Part shown: piece after piece, positions 61,150 through 62,717 of the stretch | How positions within the stretch are numbered: position 1 is the stretch's first letter | Layout of the letters: the number at the start of each line of letters is the position of its first letter | Source: Spongospora subterranea f. sp. subterranea | Taxonomy: Eukaryota | Length of the DNA stretch: 62,717 nt | Assembly (NCBI GenBank): GCA_049724395.1 | Contig: JAUGWO010000098.1 | Location: 1-62,717 of the forward strand | Direction of reading: 5' to 3' | Program-made: the position numbers and the translations under genes | Notes under the pieces: model-generated | Told to the model about the DNA's origin: nothing | The model's input: only the letters and a program-made list of their open reading frames with translations | Databases searched by the model: none

Positions 61150-62717
61150 TCTATAGGTAATGGCTGAAACCACAGTGTTAAGTTCTTAACAGATTCGATC
61201 CTAATTTCATTGTTGTTTCGGTCTCCTCTGCCTCGGTTTCTGGGTTTTGTTCTTTGTGAGATTGTCAATCAGAAGTGCTGTTGCACCTCCACCTGATCAC
61301 GTTTGAAACTTTCCCATAGCTCGATATCTGGGTTCTTTGGTAATAGTTTCTCTTGTTTGTGTTTCTTGATTGCCTTTTCCCTATTTTCATGTGTGGAATT
61401 TAACCTTATATAGTCCCTCAATGATGTTGGGTGATATCTCTGATCTCGCATGAATGTTCTTCTATCCTTCTGGCACTCTCTCTCTCAGTGCTTTCCAGAC
61501 TTCTCCACATAATTTCCATCCATCTCCTCCATTTTGATCTGTATAATCACTGCCCAATAATGTTCCATTGGCCTGAGCAGCGAGTACTGTCATTGTTGTT
61601 TTTCTGTGATGATTTTATCTCTCAGTGGTGGGAATCCTGATATTGCATGTAATATAGGGATTGGTGTTGATTTGAAACATCCTGTATATGTTCATATACA
61701 GTCCTTATATGCTGTCTCAATGGGTCGCAATGTCCTACTCATATTCTTGTTGATTTCTCCTGTCAACCAGGGTAGGTGATAGTTCAGTTTCCCTCCTAAA
61801 ATCCTCGACATATCTGTTGAAGAAAAAGATGTAAACTGGTACGAAAAGTGAGATCGGATACCATAGAGAACATATTTATATCGTGGCCAAATCTGTCAGT
61901 TCAATAGTGAAAGTGAGTTGTTATTTTCGGTGTTGGCGTTTAGCGTTGCTGAGGTATTGCACTGTTTTTGTTGTCTGAATGGTTTGTCTACAGGTGAGTA
62001 CTCATTGAATATGATGCTTGTTTTGAGCCCCATTGGATTTTGATCCTGTTGTCTTTAATTTAGCACTATCACTTCTCAGTTTTGTAAGTACTTCCTGTTT
62101 TGTGTCTCCAATAGCCCATTGTGTTGTGTCATCCACATACACATTACTGTTATTAGTCTCTATAGGGACGTCATATATGTAGATTATCCACAGCAACACA
62201 CTTATACTGGATCCCTGTGGGATACCATTCTCCTGTCTATGTAATTTAGAAGAGGTGTTTCTATAACTCACTTCAAAATATTCGGTTTGTTAGCCAGTCA
62301 TCAATCAGTAATAGGAGTGTCAGATATGGATCCATCCCCATATTTCTCATTTTCTGGATTAGCAGTGTTCGTTGCACTCTATCGAATGCCTTCATGAAAT
62401 CGTATACAATCATGGCGAATTGTTGATCTTTTGCCGCCGCTAACCCTGCATTATGTAGCAGTGAATGTGTTGTGCTGTGGGCTGGACGACAGCCAGATTG
62501 GTTATCGGGTATGTGCTCTCTCGCTTGTTGTCGTATTCAATATTTTCAGAGCAGGAATCTAATGAGTAACCACTGTATTTAACCGTCTTTTGTTCTAAAA
62601 TATATGGAAGTCTATGCTCAATTATTCCTTCCACGATTTTTGCTATGTTTAGCAATAAATAATATCGGTCGATATTCTCCTGGTTTCGCTTTGAGTAGTG
62701 GTCGCATTTTAGCGATC
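61150..62717 (-). mobile_element. Degenerate LINE reverse transcriptase and downstream region
   Basis: YRPI, AKIVEGII, DFMKAFDRV, GIPQGSSISVLLW, YVDD. Confidence 0.88.

Noticed and set aside
1..62717. Fanzor/TnpB, tRNA or rRNA genes
   Set aside because: No RuvC-like motif set, cloverleaf or rRNA signature recognised by eye; tRNAscan and HMM searches would be needed to exclude them formally

Overview
Eukaryotic (protist-like) genomic window of roughly mid GC content with short ~45-65 nt introns. A plasmodiophorid/oomycete-like organism is plausible but is inference. The window has three parts. (1) 1-20.4 kb is a transposon graveyard: a mariner remnant, Ty1/copia pieces, a full-length Ty3/gypsy chromovirus with short LTRs and a CACGT target-site duplication nested inside an older gypsy, two inverted PIF/Harbinger transposase remnants, an orphan ORF with three Cys/His-rich repeats, and a ~260-bp tandem repeat. 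(2) 20.8-47.5 kb is a compact housekeeping cluster: WDR27, ArfGAP, RRM protein, GltA-type citrate synthase, SWIB/BAF60, PP2C, LRR protein, a small orphan, THOC5, TBC1D22/Gyp1, NAA15 and an F-box/LRR gene. (3) 48-62.7 kb is a second mosaic: Penelope RT, MULE, LINE, IS3EU-like integrase, a scrambled alpha-kinase, duplicated secreted ankyrin genes, copia and gypsy pieces. The most striking unexplained signal is repeated local fold-back inverted duplication (at least 8 sites), confined to TE or pseudogene sequence. Single extra bases in short homopolymers of conserved genes suggest some assembly indel error.
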